A DNA stretch of 64,000 nt. It comes from an uncultured Verrucomicrobiae bacterium (GTDB lineage: Bacteria; Verrucomicrobiota; Verrucomicrobiia; Chthoniobacterales; UBA10450). The notes under the pieces are model-generated. The model was given only the letters and a program-made list of their open reading frames with translations, was not told the DNA's origin and did not search any database. Below, piece after piece: positions 41,475 through 51,194 of the stretch. The position numbers and the translations under genes were made by a program. How positions within the stretch are numbered: the stretch's first letter is position 1; each line of letters starts with the position of its first letter. The DNA is taken from the NCBI GenBank assembly GCA_963735805.1, contig CAVTMK010000002.1, positions 736,001 through 800,000 of the forward strand, given 5' to 3'.

Positions 41475-42767
41475 TCACTCGTAACGCAACGCTTTCACCG
41501 GATCGAGGCGCGCGGCAAAGTATGCAGGAATGAGCGCCGCAATCGAACAGATAATAAAAGCGCTGATACAAATGATGGCCACATCTCGAGGGATGACTTC
41601 CGCCGGGATCGCCGAAAATTGATAAACTTCGCGCGGGAAGATTTCGATGTGCAATGTCGATGCCAGCCACTGGCTGAATTCGTTTCGGTAACGGATCAAC
41701 GTCATTCCGAGTCCTAATCCTGTCAGAGTCCCAAAGAGACCAACGATCGTTCCCTGTCCGAGGAAAACCCAAATGACTTGCGCGATGTTAGCCCCCAGGG
41801 CTTTCATGATTCCAATCTCGCGGCGCTTTTGTACTGTCACCGTGATAAGTGTGCTCATGATTCCAAATGCCGCGACGACTACGATAAAGAACAACAGAAA
41901 AAACATTACTGTGCGCTCGAGTCGTACGGCCTCGAAAAATTGGTGATTCATGTCAATCCAGGTCTGTGCGTATTCCGGTGGTTGAAGAAATTGTTCGATT
42001 GTCTGTTTTACACGTTCGGCGCTGTATGGATTGTCAGTTCTAACGGTGATGCCGTGCAAGGCGTCGCCCAGTCCATATAACTCCTGTCCTACATAAACCG
42101 GCACAAGGAGGTATCCCGAGTCGTGGAGGTAGTGGCCGGTTTCAAAAATCCCTGTGACGGTCAATTCCTTTGGCAAGATCACGTCACGCAATTTATCAAT
42201 CGCTTGCTTTTCCTCGTCTCCTTTTGCGTTTTCCAGCCTCTTAATCTCATCAAGAATCTGCCCAACATTGCCGGGCGAATAGATCGTCAGTTTATCGCCG
42301 ACCGAGATCCTTAGGCTGCGCGCGAGTTCGATGCCGAGCACAGCCGAATCGCCTTCCAGGTCTAGTTTGCCGTATTTGATGAATTTCCGCAGCGGTATGA
42401 CCTTCTCTTCTTCGCCAGGATCGATGCCGCGGATCATCGGTGTGGCGCGCTGGTTTTGAAACTCTGCGATTACCGGTCCCTGAATGTACGGAGCGGTCGC
42501 TACCACGCCGGGCGTATGATCGATCTTCGCTTTGAGTGTTCGCCAGTCGCGCAAGACGCCTTCTGAACTCACCAAAATGTGCGCATCGAAATCGACGACT
42601 TTCCGACGCAGCTCGCGATCGAATCCGGTCATAACGGAAATGACGAGTATCAGCACTGTCACACCGAGCATCACTCCAATGATCGAAATCAGGGTGATGA
42701 TCGAGAGAAACGTGCGCTTCGGCTTCAGGTACCGAAGCGCCAGGAAAAGACTAAACGGAAGATTCAA
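41475..42767 (-). CDS. Lipoprotein-releasing ABC permease, LolC/E family
   Basis: LALRYL, SVMTGF, REIGIMKALGA, AARLDPVKALRYE. Confidence 0.92.
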   Translation of the reverse strand: MNLPFSLFLALRYLKPKRTFLSIITLISIIGVMLGVTVLILVISVMTGFDRELRRKVVDFDAHILVSSEGVLRDWRTLKAKIDHTPGVVATAPYIQGPVIAEFQNQRATPMIRGIDPGEEEKVIPLRKFIKYGKLDLEGDSAVLGIELARSLRISVGDKLTIYSPGNVGQILDEIKRLENAKGDEEKQAIDKLRDVILPKELTVTGIFETGHYLHDSGYLLVPVYVGQELYGLGDALHGITVRTDNPYSAERVKQTIEQFLQPPEYAQTWIDMNHQFFEAVRLERTVMFFLLFFIVVVAAFGIMSTLITVTVQKRREIGIMKALGANIAQVIWVFLGQGTIVGLFGTLTGLGLGMTLIRYRNEFSQWLASTLHIEIFPREVYQFSAIPAEVIPRDVAIICISAFIICSIAALIPAYFAARLDPVKALRYE

Positions 42768-42814
42768 TTCAGGATTAGCGTGGCCGTAAACTTACTCGAA
42801 TTCAACCCCACGCC

Positions 42815-43177
42815 CTACTCGGAGAGTGCGTATGCTTTCAGTTCTTCTAAGGTGACGAACTCGAGCGCGGAGGCATGCGTTGCTTCAAGATCAACAGGCG
42901 CGGCGCGGTTATGGTCCAGCGCGCTTTTCCAGCGCGTGACACACACGCACCACTTGTCGCCCGGTTTCAGTCCTGGGAAACCCCATTCCGGATGCGGCGT
43001 GACAAGGTCATTTCCGTCGAGCACAGAGAAATCGAGAAATTCCTGCGTCACTTTTACGCAGACGGTGTGAAGCCCAATGTCTTCAGGCCCCGTGCGGCAA
43101 AAACCGTCCCGGTAAAATCCGGTCATCGGATCGCGACAACAACATTTCAGCTCGCTTCCCAGAACATTCGTCGGCAC
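42815..43177 (-). CDS. DUF2237 family protein
   Basis: NVLG, PMTGFYRDGFC, GNDL, LKPGDKWCVC. Confidence 0.9.
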   Translation of the reverse strand: MPTNVLGSELKCCCRDPMTGFYRDGFCRTGPEDIGLHTVCVKVTQEFLDFSVLDGNDLVTPHPEWGFPGLKPGDKWCVCVTRWKSALDHNRAAPVDLEATHASALEFVTLEELKAYALSE

Positions 43178-43261
43178 GGCGCGATTCTAGCATTGGAGAT
43201 CGCTTTGTTAAATGTTGGATTGGTGAAAACATTCGTAGGAAGCGGAACGTATTCTTCAAGC

Positions 43262-43783
43262 ATGAAAAGGATCGCGATTGCCTACTGGCTTCTTCCTGCC
43301 GAACCGGCGCGCAGCTTTTTTCAGGAGGTAATCAATCATCTTGCGCGGCGATATGGCGCTCCTCCTTTCGAGCCCCACTTGACGATCCATGTTGGATCAA
43401 ATCGCGCAGGCACGGCTGAAAAAGCACTGTCCATGGTCGCGCGCGATTGCAAACTGGTCACACTCAAAATGCTTGAAATCGATCACTCCACTGAGTTTAT
43501 GAAGACTCTTTTTGTGCAGTACGCTATGACCGCACAATTGCAGCAGCTAAATCAAAGCATTCGCACTGCGACGCAAGACTCGTCGGATTACCGACTCAAT
43601 CCGCACTTGAGTCTGCTCTATAAGAGAATATCCAACCACGAACAGCGCCTGCTGACGCGTTCAATCGAAGTGCCGTTTATGGAAGTTAAGTTTGACTCAT
43701 TGAAAGCCGTCCGATGCATTTCGCCCACACAAAACCGCGCTGATGTGGAAGCATGGCGGATCGTGGCGGAGAAAGCGTTGTAG
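43262..43783 (+). CDS. 2H phosphoesterase (cyclic phosphodiesterase-like)
   Basis: Two HxT/S motifs: FEPHLTI and PHLSLLY. Confidence 0.85.
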   Translation: MKRIAIAYWLLPAEPARSFFQEVINHLARRYGAPPFEPHLTIHVGSNRAGTAEKALSMVARDCKLVTLKMLEIDHSTEFMKTLFVQYAMTAQLQQLNQSIRTATQDSSDYRLNPHLSLLYKRISNHEQRLLTRSIEVPFMEVKFDSLKAVRCISPTQNRADVEAWRIVAEKAL

Positions 43784-43854
43784 CCCCGCCTTGATGAGAT
43801 GGTGCTCAGTGCGTTCCAGTCAGCTCAGCTTCGCGCTTTCGCATTAGAAGGTTG

Positions 43855-45762
43855 CTACAGAGACGGCGACGCCTTCAACGCTGGAGTAGGGCTAGGTTGG
43901 CCAGGACTCGGTGAAACCGTTGGCAGTGGACTTGCGGCTGCCCTGGCGATCTTGGTTTTTGCTTCGTCGAGCACTGACTTTTCCTCCGGGTAAATCTGGT
44001 GGTCCGTCGCGGCAACGTAGTCTTTTGCTGCGTCGATTTGGCCGGCGTCGGCCAGCAGTAATGCCGCGTAAACGGCGGCGTGCGGATCGTGTAACTGGTC
44101 AACTGGCAATGCTTGAATAATCGCAAGACCCTCTGTACTGCGGCCAAGACGATACAGCGAGAAAGCGTAAGTTACGGCGCAATTGACCTCGTTCGGTGCT
44201 CGATCATGTGCTTCTTTAGCAAGAGCATGTGAACGTTCGACATTTCGCTCCAGGGCGAGGCCCAGGCGCGCGAGATCCGCTGTGATCGGCGCCTCGTTGG
44301 GAGAGCTCTCGTGCAAACGCAGGAGAACATCATAAAGTTTTCCGGCATCATTATCTCCGCGATAAAGCCGGCGCAGCCTGTCCAGCGCCTCGCGCCGCAG
44401 AGGCGGGTTTTCCGACACGTGCAGCCACAGCTGTTCGGATTCTTTCTTCAAATCCCATTTCGAAGCGACACGTGCGAGAACAACTTCGCTCTCGGGCCGG
44501 TCATTTGCCGATTGTTCCGCGGCGTGCCACAGCGCACCAAATTCCGTGTTTCCGTTATCTTGCCGTGATTGACGCGTGGCGATTGCCTGATATGCAAGAC
44601 GCAGGTAATCGGATTCGCCCCAAACTCCTTTCCTGGTCCATCGTTTCAAACGTGTCCAATTTTTCGCATTGGCGTACGCGTCCGCCACAGCAACGGCGAC
44701 TCGTGACGAAGTCAGTTTCTCGGGCGGAAGCTTGTCGATCCACTTAACTATGTCATTGCTCAGTCCATTTTGGTTCATCCATTCCATAAGCGACGCGAGA
44801 TCGGATGAATTGCGCGCCGCAAAGGGTTTTACTCGTTCCATCGACACCCGGAATTTTTTCTCATCGAGCTTTCGATAAAAGTTCAGACAAAGAAGGTAAT
44901 CGCCGAAAGTTACGTCCGGCGACATCTGGACCTGTTGCGCGAACTTATCTGCCGCTGTGAGTTCATTACGTTCCACGGCGTCGTTAAGCAGCGCGCGCAA
45001 CGCGCCGGTCCGGTACGGGGCGAGCTTGCTAAGCCGTTCGAGATTCTCGCGGGCTTTTGCATTCTTTGCCGGGTCGCTGGAGTGAATTTGCAACGCCGCG
45101 AAGTTGAACTGGTACAGATCGTTACCAGGCTCTTTTCTTACGGCAGCGGCGAACTGTTGCTCTTGCTCGGCAAAATTTCCTTCAGCACGAGCCAGCCAGC
45201 CTGCGACGACATGGTAAGCAGCCCTGTCGCGATCACTGACAGGAACTTGATCGAGGGCTTTTCGGGCAAGATCGAGATTCCCAAAGCGCAACGAGGCGGA
45301 AGCAAAATTGAGCTGACTATCCGGATCTCTTGGGAGCAGGCGTGCAATTCGTCCGCGCCACGAGATCGCCTCCTCGAGGTTCTGTTTCTCTGCTGTTTCG
45401 GCTAATATGTAGAGCGCTGGCAGCGAATCGGGATGTTTTGCCAGCAATTCTCGCGCTGTCTGCGTTGCTTCACTGAGTTTTCCCTGCTGTAGCATCAAAG
45501 TGGCTTGGTGCAGCAAACTAGTTTGACGCCAGGTCTCATATAGTTTCGAGCCGTAACCAACAAAAAGGGTGCCTAGCAGAACAGTAATTGCCAATGCCCC
45601 GGTGATCAGAGCGAGACGAACAGGCCAGAGATGTTGGAAGAAAAACCCCAGATCAAAAAGCGATCGGCGAGCTTTTTTAGATCCGGTCTCTTCGGTTCGT
45701 TCCGCGATTTTCATGTCGTGTCCGGGGCGCAACGATCCGCGTATCCCCTCCATTATGCCCAC
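43855..45762 (-). CDS. Membrane-anchored TPR protein
   Basis: N-terminal TM, helical TPR-like repeats, Pro/Ser tail; start uncertain. Confidence 0.75.
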   Translation of the reverse strand: MGIMEGIRGSLRPGHDMKIAERTEETGSKKARRSLFDLGFFFQHLWPVRLALITGALAITVLLGTLFVGYGSKLYETWRQTSLLHQATLMLQQGKLSEATQTARELLAKHPDSLPALYILAETAEKQNLEEAISWRGRIARLLPRDPDSQLNFASASLRFGNLDLARKALDQVPVSDRDRAAYHVVAGWLARAEGNFAEQEQQFAAAVRKEPGNDLYQFNFAALQIHSSDPAKNAKARENLERLSKLAPYRTGALRALLNDAVERNELTAADKFAQQVQMSPDVTFGDYLLCLNFYRKLDEKKFRVSMERVKPFAARNSSDLASLMEWMNQNGLSNDIVKWIDKLPPEKLTSSRVAVAVADAYANAKNWTRLKRWTRKGVWGESDYLRLAYQAIATRQSRQDNGNTEFGALWHAAEQSANDRPESEVVLARVASKWDLKKESEQLWLHVSENPPLRREALDRLRRLYRGDNDAGKLYDVLLRLHESSPNEAPITADLARLGLALERNVERSHALAKEAHDRAPNEVNCAVTYAFSLYRLGRSTEGLAIIQALPVDQLHDPHAAVYAALLLADAGQIDAAKDYVAATDHQIYPEEKSVLDEAKTKIARAAASPLPTVSPSPGQPSPTPALKASPSL

Positions 45763-45775
45763 GCCGACCCTGAAG

Positions 45776-47137
45776 CTAAGAGCGAGTAGCTACCTCCACC
45801 TCATCAACTACAGGAATTGATTTGACTGACTCCTCGATCTTTTCCCTCAAACGCCGGCCCCAAACATATCGTCCCAGCAGCACCTTTATCGTAGCTGTAA
45901 GGGGGACGGCAAGGAGCGGGCCGATTACCCCGCCAATGATCAGGCCCCAGACAAAGATCGATACGATCACGGTCATTGGATGCAAACCAACGTACGTTCC
46001 AACAATTCGTGGAGCGTAGAATATTCCTTCGAGATTTTGTATTGCGACGAAAATGCCGGTGACAATGAGCGGATGTGTCCAGTCGCCCCATTGAAAAGCG
46101 GCAATCAGAACGGCCGGTACCCAGCAGACGATGATCCCGATGTAGGGGATCATGGTAAGCACGACTACCATCGCTCCAATTACCGGCGCAAAGTTGAGGC
46201 CGAATAGTGTCAACGCCGCACCGATGAGTATGCCATCGACCAGGCACACCAGGAGCTGGCCCCGGAAATAGGCGGTCACGTACGAATTGATCTGCGATAA
46301 TACTTCCGCCACTTCGTCTCGAAGAGGCGACGCTCGCAGAGGAAGATATTCCTTCCAGTGTTGCTCAATCCGCGGTTTCTCGTTGAGTAGGAAGAATAGA
46401 TAAATGGGTACCAGGATCAGACTGAGCAAGAAACCTGTGACGCCAAGAAAGCCACCAATACTTTTCTTAAGAATATCCCAGAACCTTTCCATCAGCGTCG
46501 GCAGCGCCTGCTGCAGGTTAGGCATTTGTTTCTCCACGTACGCCTGAATGCGTTGGCGTTCGGCAGTCGTCAGCTTTGGCTGGCTCGGCGCGATAGTTTC
46601 AGCAGTTGTGGTTGTGTCAAAAGCTTTTGGCGCAGAAGAGGCAGTCGGTTGGGCGTGAGGAGGAGATGTTCCGGGTCCGATGAGCCAGTTTGTAAAACTT
46701 GTTGAAGCTGATTTCCCGTGCCCACCGCCGAGAAATCCAAACGTTTGATCGAATCGATAGATCAAATCCACAACGTAGTCGCGAGCTCGTTCGGTATAAG
46801 CAGGGACTTGTTTCGCGAAATTCGTGCCTTGTATCGAGATGGTCGGGATAAGCCACGCAGCCAAACCACCTAGCGCAAAAAAGGCGATGGCAAAAACAAG
46901 TGCCACCGCCTTGGTGCGAGTGAGCGTCCCGCGCGACATTTTCGTTACCAGCGGGTCCAATAGGTACGTGAGGATCACAGCGATGGCCACCGGGATCAGG
47001 ATTGGTTGTAGGAAACTAATGATATTGGCACTAGTCCAAATCACCGTGCCGATGATCACGATAAGAAGAACCAGACAGAATGCCGTGAGCGCCGCCCAGA
47101 TCATCTTACGCTGCCACGGCGTGGGATAATCGTTCAT
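45776..47137 (-). CDS. AI-2E family transporter
   Basis: YLLDP, YFRGQ, IPYIG, GLHP, LLAVP. Confidence 0.9.
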   Translation of the reverse strand: MNDYPTPWQRKMIWAALTAFCLVLLIVIIGTVIWTSANIISFLQPILIPVAIAVILTYLLDPLVTKMSRGTLTRTKAVALVFAIAFFALGGLAAWLIPTISIQGTNFAKQVPAYTERARDYVVDLIYRFDQTFGFLGGGHGKSASTSFTNWLIGPGTSPPHAQPTASSAPKAFDTTTTAETIAPSQPKLTTAERQRIQAYVEKQMPNLQQALPTLMERFWDILKKSIGGFLGVTGFLLSLILVPIYLFFLLNEKPRIEQHWKEYLPLRASPLRDEVAEVLSQINSYVTAYFRGQLLVCLVDGILIGAALTLFGLNFAPVIGAMVVVLTMIPYIGIIVCWVPAVLIAAFQWGDWTHPLIVTGIFVAIQNLEGIFYAPRIVGTYVGLHPMTVIVSIFVWGLIIGGVIGPLLAVPLTATIKVLLGRYVWGRRLREKIEESVKSIPVVDEVEVATRS

Positions 47138-47158
47138 GTTAGTTGCGAGAACCTGCAG

Positions 47159-49090
47159 TTACTGGGTCGGATTCGTTTTTGCGGGCGGGCCGTTGCCAAT
47201 CGGCGTCCTGGTTCTTTCGATCTTGTTCGCCAGGTTCTTATTTTTTGGATCGAGCGCCAGCGCTTTTTGCCAGGATTCCAGCGCTTCGGAAGTGCGATTC
47301 AATTTGAAATAGGCGTCACCAATATGTTCAAAGATAACCGGATCATCGTGGTCCGCAGTTTTTGCGGCGCGGAGCAGGTTAGTTAAGGCCTGATCAAATT
47401 TGGCCTTTCGGAACTCGACCCAACCAAGACTGTCGAGGTAAGACGCGTTGTCTGGCTCCAGTTCAAGGGCGCGCTTAATCATCGCTTCAGCTTCGTCGAG
47501 GTTCATGTTGTGATCCGCCCACATGTAACCAAGATAATTGCAGGCTTCCGCTGAGTTCGCTGGGTCGAGCGCAATTGATTTACGAAGAAGATCGGCCGCC
47601 TTGTCGTACAAACCGGCCTGCTCCGCCGTCGCACCGTAGTTGAAATAGAATTTGGCGTTTACAATGTCATTGTCCTGGTCCAGTTGCGCTTCGTGCAGTG
47701 CTTCCTCAAAAGTCGCCACGGCCTGCTGGGTTTGTTTCGCTTCGCTTTGGGCAATGGCCAGATAGTAGACGATCTCCGGCGCGCCCAAAAATCGGCGCCG
47801 GGCTTCCATGAGCAATCTGACTGCGTGATCTGCGTCCTTTAAGGGTCCAAGCAGCAGTTCTGCCAGGTGCAAATATGTGCCCACATGATTTGGATTAATC
47901 AGAAGGCTTTGCTCATAATTTGCGGCCACTTTCGCGAAGATCGCCTTTGCTTCGTCAACTTTCTTGGCGCGCTGGAGCGACCGCGCTTGATCATCCAATA
48001 CCTGCGCCAGTAAATCGTAGGGTTGATACTTTTCAGGATGCTCCTTGATGATTTGTTCGAGCATTTCAACTGCCTTTCCCCGCTGATTCGTCAGGATAAA
48101 ACCAGTGGCCAGTTTCTCTCGTGCGTTCGCGTCGTCCGGCTGCAGCTCAAGAACGCGCAGATAAAGCGGAATAGCCTCTTTCAGCTGCTGCGAGGCGGCA
48201 TAATAGTCTGCCACATCCTTTAGAATTCCAGGGTCATCGCCGGCGCGTTCAGCCGCTTTCTTAAAAATTTCGTTGGTTCTTTTCAGTTCGTCCGGTTTCG
48301 GCTGGGAATCGGACTTGAAAAGAAGCGCAACGTAAAGCTTCCCGAGTCGCATCCAAAAGTTGGCGTCGTCGCTGCGAATCTTCGTGGCGCGATCCAAAAC
48401 CTCGAGCGCTTTTTTTTCCTGTCCGGCGGCAACTTCAATTTCCACTAGGCGCTGGTATCCTTCGATGTCTGCAGGATTCAGGGTAATAGCCCGGTTGGCG
48501 TAATCGGTAGCCTGGTCGGTTTTCTTGAGATACTTCGCATAAATGTATGCGAGCTGCTGATAGGGGTCGGCATCGTTTGGATTTGCCTTGATTGCATCCT
48601 TCAATACGTCAATCGCCTGCGGAAAATCATCCTGGTCTATCAGCAAAGCGGCGACCCGAGAGGCGAGTTGCGACTGGCCAGGATCGACATTGAGTACCTT
48701 GCGGTACGCCTCCAGTGCGCGATCCATTTCGCCATTTTCTTCGAGGGACATTCCTTCGACAAAATGCGTGAGCGCATCCGCCTTGTGCGCGCCTTGAGGA
48801 CGCAGAGCAAGGTCCGCAGCTGGCTTGGAATTGGATGAATCGTCCTGACGGCCAGCTTTCCTGGTTACTGCGGACGAAAAACCGGTTTTTGACGACGAAT
48901 TTTTCGTTGTTCTACTGGCGACGGCGCTTGTCGCGACAAGTAAGAATAGTGCCGAAAAAAGACAACGCCTCGGCCAAATGCCCCAGTCCTTCTTGCGCCG
49001 CCTCACGGTTTTAATGTTAGTCTCCGGGTACGATTTGTCATCCCGCGGTCGCAAAGGCGGCCGAGGGACTCTTACAGGGTGATTTATCAC
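47159..49090 (-). CDS. TPR protein, secreted
   Basis: Multiple TPRs incl. NYLGY, YLDSLGW, EHIGD; start uncertain. Confidence 0.85.
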   Translation of the reverse strand: MINHPVRVPRPPLRPRDDKSYPETNIKTVRRRKKDWGIWPRRCLFSALFLLVATSAVASRTTKNSSSKTGFSSAVTRKAGRQDDSSNSKPAADLALRPQGAHKADALTHFVEGMSLEENGEMDRALEAYRKVLNVDPGQSQLASRVAALLIDQDDFPQAIDVLKDAIKANPNDADPYQQLAYIYAKYLKKTDQATDYANRAITLNPADIEGYQRLVEIEVAAGQEKKALEVLDRATKIRSDDANFWMRLGKLYVALLFKSDSQPKPDELKRTNEIFKKAAERAGDDPGILKDVADYYAASQQLKEAIPLYLRVLELQPDDANAREKLATGFILTNQRGKAVEMLEQIIKEHPEKYQPYDLLAQVLDDQARSLQRAKKVDEAKAIFAKVAANYEQSLLINPNHVGTYLHLAELLLGPLKDADHAVRLLMEARRRFLGAPEIVYYLAIAQSEAKQTQQAVATFEEALHEAQLDQDNDIVNAKFYFNYGATAEQAGLYDKAADLLRKSIALDPANSAEACNYLGYMWADHNMNLDEAEAMIKRALELEPDNASYLDSLGWVEFRKAKFDQALTNLLRAAKTADHDDPVIFEHIGDAYFKLNRTSEALESWQKALALDPKNKNLANKIERTRTPIGNGPPAKTNPTQ

Positions 49091-49200
49091 TTACCTGGCC
49101 AAGGTACATGCAGAGTTTATAAGCGAGGCTTCTCACTTCGTTCGGGATGACACCTGCGCAGGGCCCAATCGTTCGCCAGGCACGCCGCCGCACGCCCTGC

Positions 49201-49305
49201 CTACGCCTTGTACCGAAGACGCTTTTTATGCCGATTAGCTTTCATGCGCTTGCGGCGCTTGTGCTTGGCAATTTTCGCTTTTCGTCTTTTCTTAAGTGAG
49301 CCCAT
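49201..49305 (-). CDS. 34-aa basic protein, bS22 / AURKAIP1-COX24-like ribosomal protein
   Basis: Own translation MGSLKKRRKAKIAKHKRRKRMKANRHKKRLRYKA*; MGS..KxR...KHK pattern; below the ORF-track cutoff. Confidence 0.85.
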   Translation of the reverse strand: MGSLKKRRKAKIAKHKRRKRMKANRHKKRLRYKA

Positions 49306-49444
49306 TCAGGTTTTCGGATTTGCGAGTGCTGACTCAACCATTTAATCCGCTGTTCTGCAACTTGCTTCTTTGCAGTAGGATCAAACACTCATGCGACAGC
49401 AGTTATTGGCGGATAACAGCCTCGAGCGATTCGTTGGAATCCAA

Positions 49445-51130
49445 TCACTCTTTTAACATGGCATCGCGCTTTGCCTTGAATTCGGTGCCGGGTTTCCATT
49501 CCGGAAATTTGTCACCGTTGGCAACCTGATAGCCTACTTCGAACAAAAGATCGACATCCTGCACCGCGCCGGCGAGGTCCCAGTTCGGATCAACTTCATC
49601 CGACACCTGATGATAATGATGTGCGGTGTAATCGTCTCTCTTTTGCTGCCCGAAATCTGCCGGTTTGCCGACAAAATCTTTGCCAGCTCTCGTGTAAAGC
49701 GAAGGCACGCCGCGCTTCGAGAATTCGAAATGATCGGCACGATAGAAGGTGCCTTTTTCCGGTTCACTGTTCGGCGTCATCATTCGGCCGTTGCGTTTGG
49801 AGGCTTCCGCCAGCAAGTCATCGAGTGTGGAATTGTTGTTACTTAGGTCCTCGATGTCGCGCGTTTTTCCCCAGGGATTCACAGTGTCGATATTGACGTC
49901 GGCGAGCGTTTTCTCCAGAGGATAAAGCGGGTGCTCGGCATAATATTTGGCCCCGAGCAATCCTGCTTCTTCAGCGGTCGTGGACATGAACAACACCGAG
50001 CGTTTCGGCGGCGGATTTAACTTTGTGAAAGCGGTCGCGAGTTCAATGACGGACGCCACACCGGACGCATTGTCGATGGCGCCGTTAAAAATCTGGTCGC
50101 CTTGCAATTCGGGATGACGTCCCAGATGGTCCCAGTGCGCGGTATAAATGACATATTCATCCCGCAACTTCGGATCGCTTCCCTCGAGTTTGCCGATGAC
50201 GTTATGCGATTTGAACGAGCGCAGTTGTTGTTTGATGTCGATGTTAGCTTTGGCTTTCAAGGTGACTGGTCGGAATTCTTTTGTGAGTGCCGATTTCTTC
50301 AGAACATCGTAATCCTCATCGCACTCGGTCAGGAGTTTCTTTGCAGCATCCAGGGTTATCCAGGAGCGAACGCCCACCGCGTCCATATTTTTGTTGGGCG
50401 AATCGATCTCGTAGTTCTCCTTGGCCCAGCTCGTTCTTACGACTGAGTACGGATAACCGGCCGGCCCAGTCTCGTGAATGATTACGGCAGCCGCGGCTCC
50501 CTTTTGCGCGGCGATTTCGTATTTGTAAGTCCATCGACCGTAGTAGGTCATCGCGTTCCCTTTAAACATTTTTTCGTCGAGCTTTGATGGATCCTTCGGA
50601 TCAGGGATTGGAGGATCCCCGATCAACATCAACAACGTTTTCCCGCGAACATCGACACCCTTGTAATCGTCCCAGCCGTACTCGGGCGCGACGACGCCAT
50701 ATCCGACAAAGATCACATTCGAATTGTCGATCTTGATTTCCGATTGAAGACGAGCAGAGGAGGCGGTGAAATCGTCGGGATACTTCAGATCGATAGTTTT
50801 ATCGCCGATGACAAACGACATGCTGGGTTCGCTCTTAATTCCGGCAAGAGGAACTTCCTGCATGTATGTCCCATCTGGATTTCCAGGCTTCAACCCGATC
50901 TGTTTAAATTGATCGGTGATGTATTTAATCGATAGGTCTTCTCCTTTGGTTCCCGGCGCACGTCCCTCAAATTCATCCGACGCGAGAACCTTGATGTGCG
51001 CGAGCATCCCGTCCGGCGTGATCGCTTCCAGCGCTGGCTCCAATCGCAGCGCCAATTCGTCAGCGGCGAAGAGCGATAGGGCAGCGGCAAAAAAGAGTGT
51101 GATTGCGATAAACCAACTGGCGATTTTCAC
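49445..51130 (-). CDS. M28 family metallopeptidase with PA domain, secreted
   Basis: [33 protein letters not shown]. Confidence 0.92.
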   Translation of the reverse strand: MKIASWFIAITLFFAAALSLFAADELALRLEPALEAITPDGMLAHIKVLASDEFEGRAPGTKGEDLSIKYITDQFKQIGLKPGNPDGTYMQEVPLAGIKSEPSMSFVIGDKTIDLKYPDDFTASSARLQSEIKIDNSNVIFVGYGVVAPEYGWDDYKGVDVRGKTLLMLIGDPPIPDPKDPSKLDEKMFKGNAMTYYGRWTYKYEIAAQKGAAAAVIIHETGPAGYPYSVVRTSWAKENYEIDSPNKNMDAVGVRSWITLDAAKKLLTECDEDYDVLKKSALTKEFRPVTLKAKANIDIKQQLRSFKSHNVIGKLEGSDPKLRDEYVIYTAHWDHLGRHPELQGDQIFNGAIDNASGVASVIELATAFTKLNPPPKRSVLFMSTTAEEAGLLGAKYYAEHPLYPLEKTLADVNIDTVNPWGKTRDIEDLSNNNSTLDDLLAEASKRNGRMMTPNSEPEKGTFYRADHFEFSKRGVPSLYTRAGKDFVGKPADFGQQKRDDYTAHHYHQVSDEVDPNWDLAGAVQDVDLLFEVGYQVANGDKFPEWKPGTEFKAKRDAMLKE

Positions 51131-51145
51131 ACCATACCGAGACGT

Positions 51146-51170
51146 TGTAGCGGCGTTGTGTCAAACGCCG
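51146..51170. repeat. GTAG-type REP unit
   Basis: TGTAG-CGGCGTT-GTGTCA-AACGCCG. Confidence 0.6.
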
Positions 51171-51194
51171 AACTGATGATGCTTTGGCACAGAA

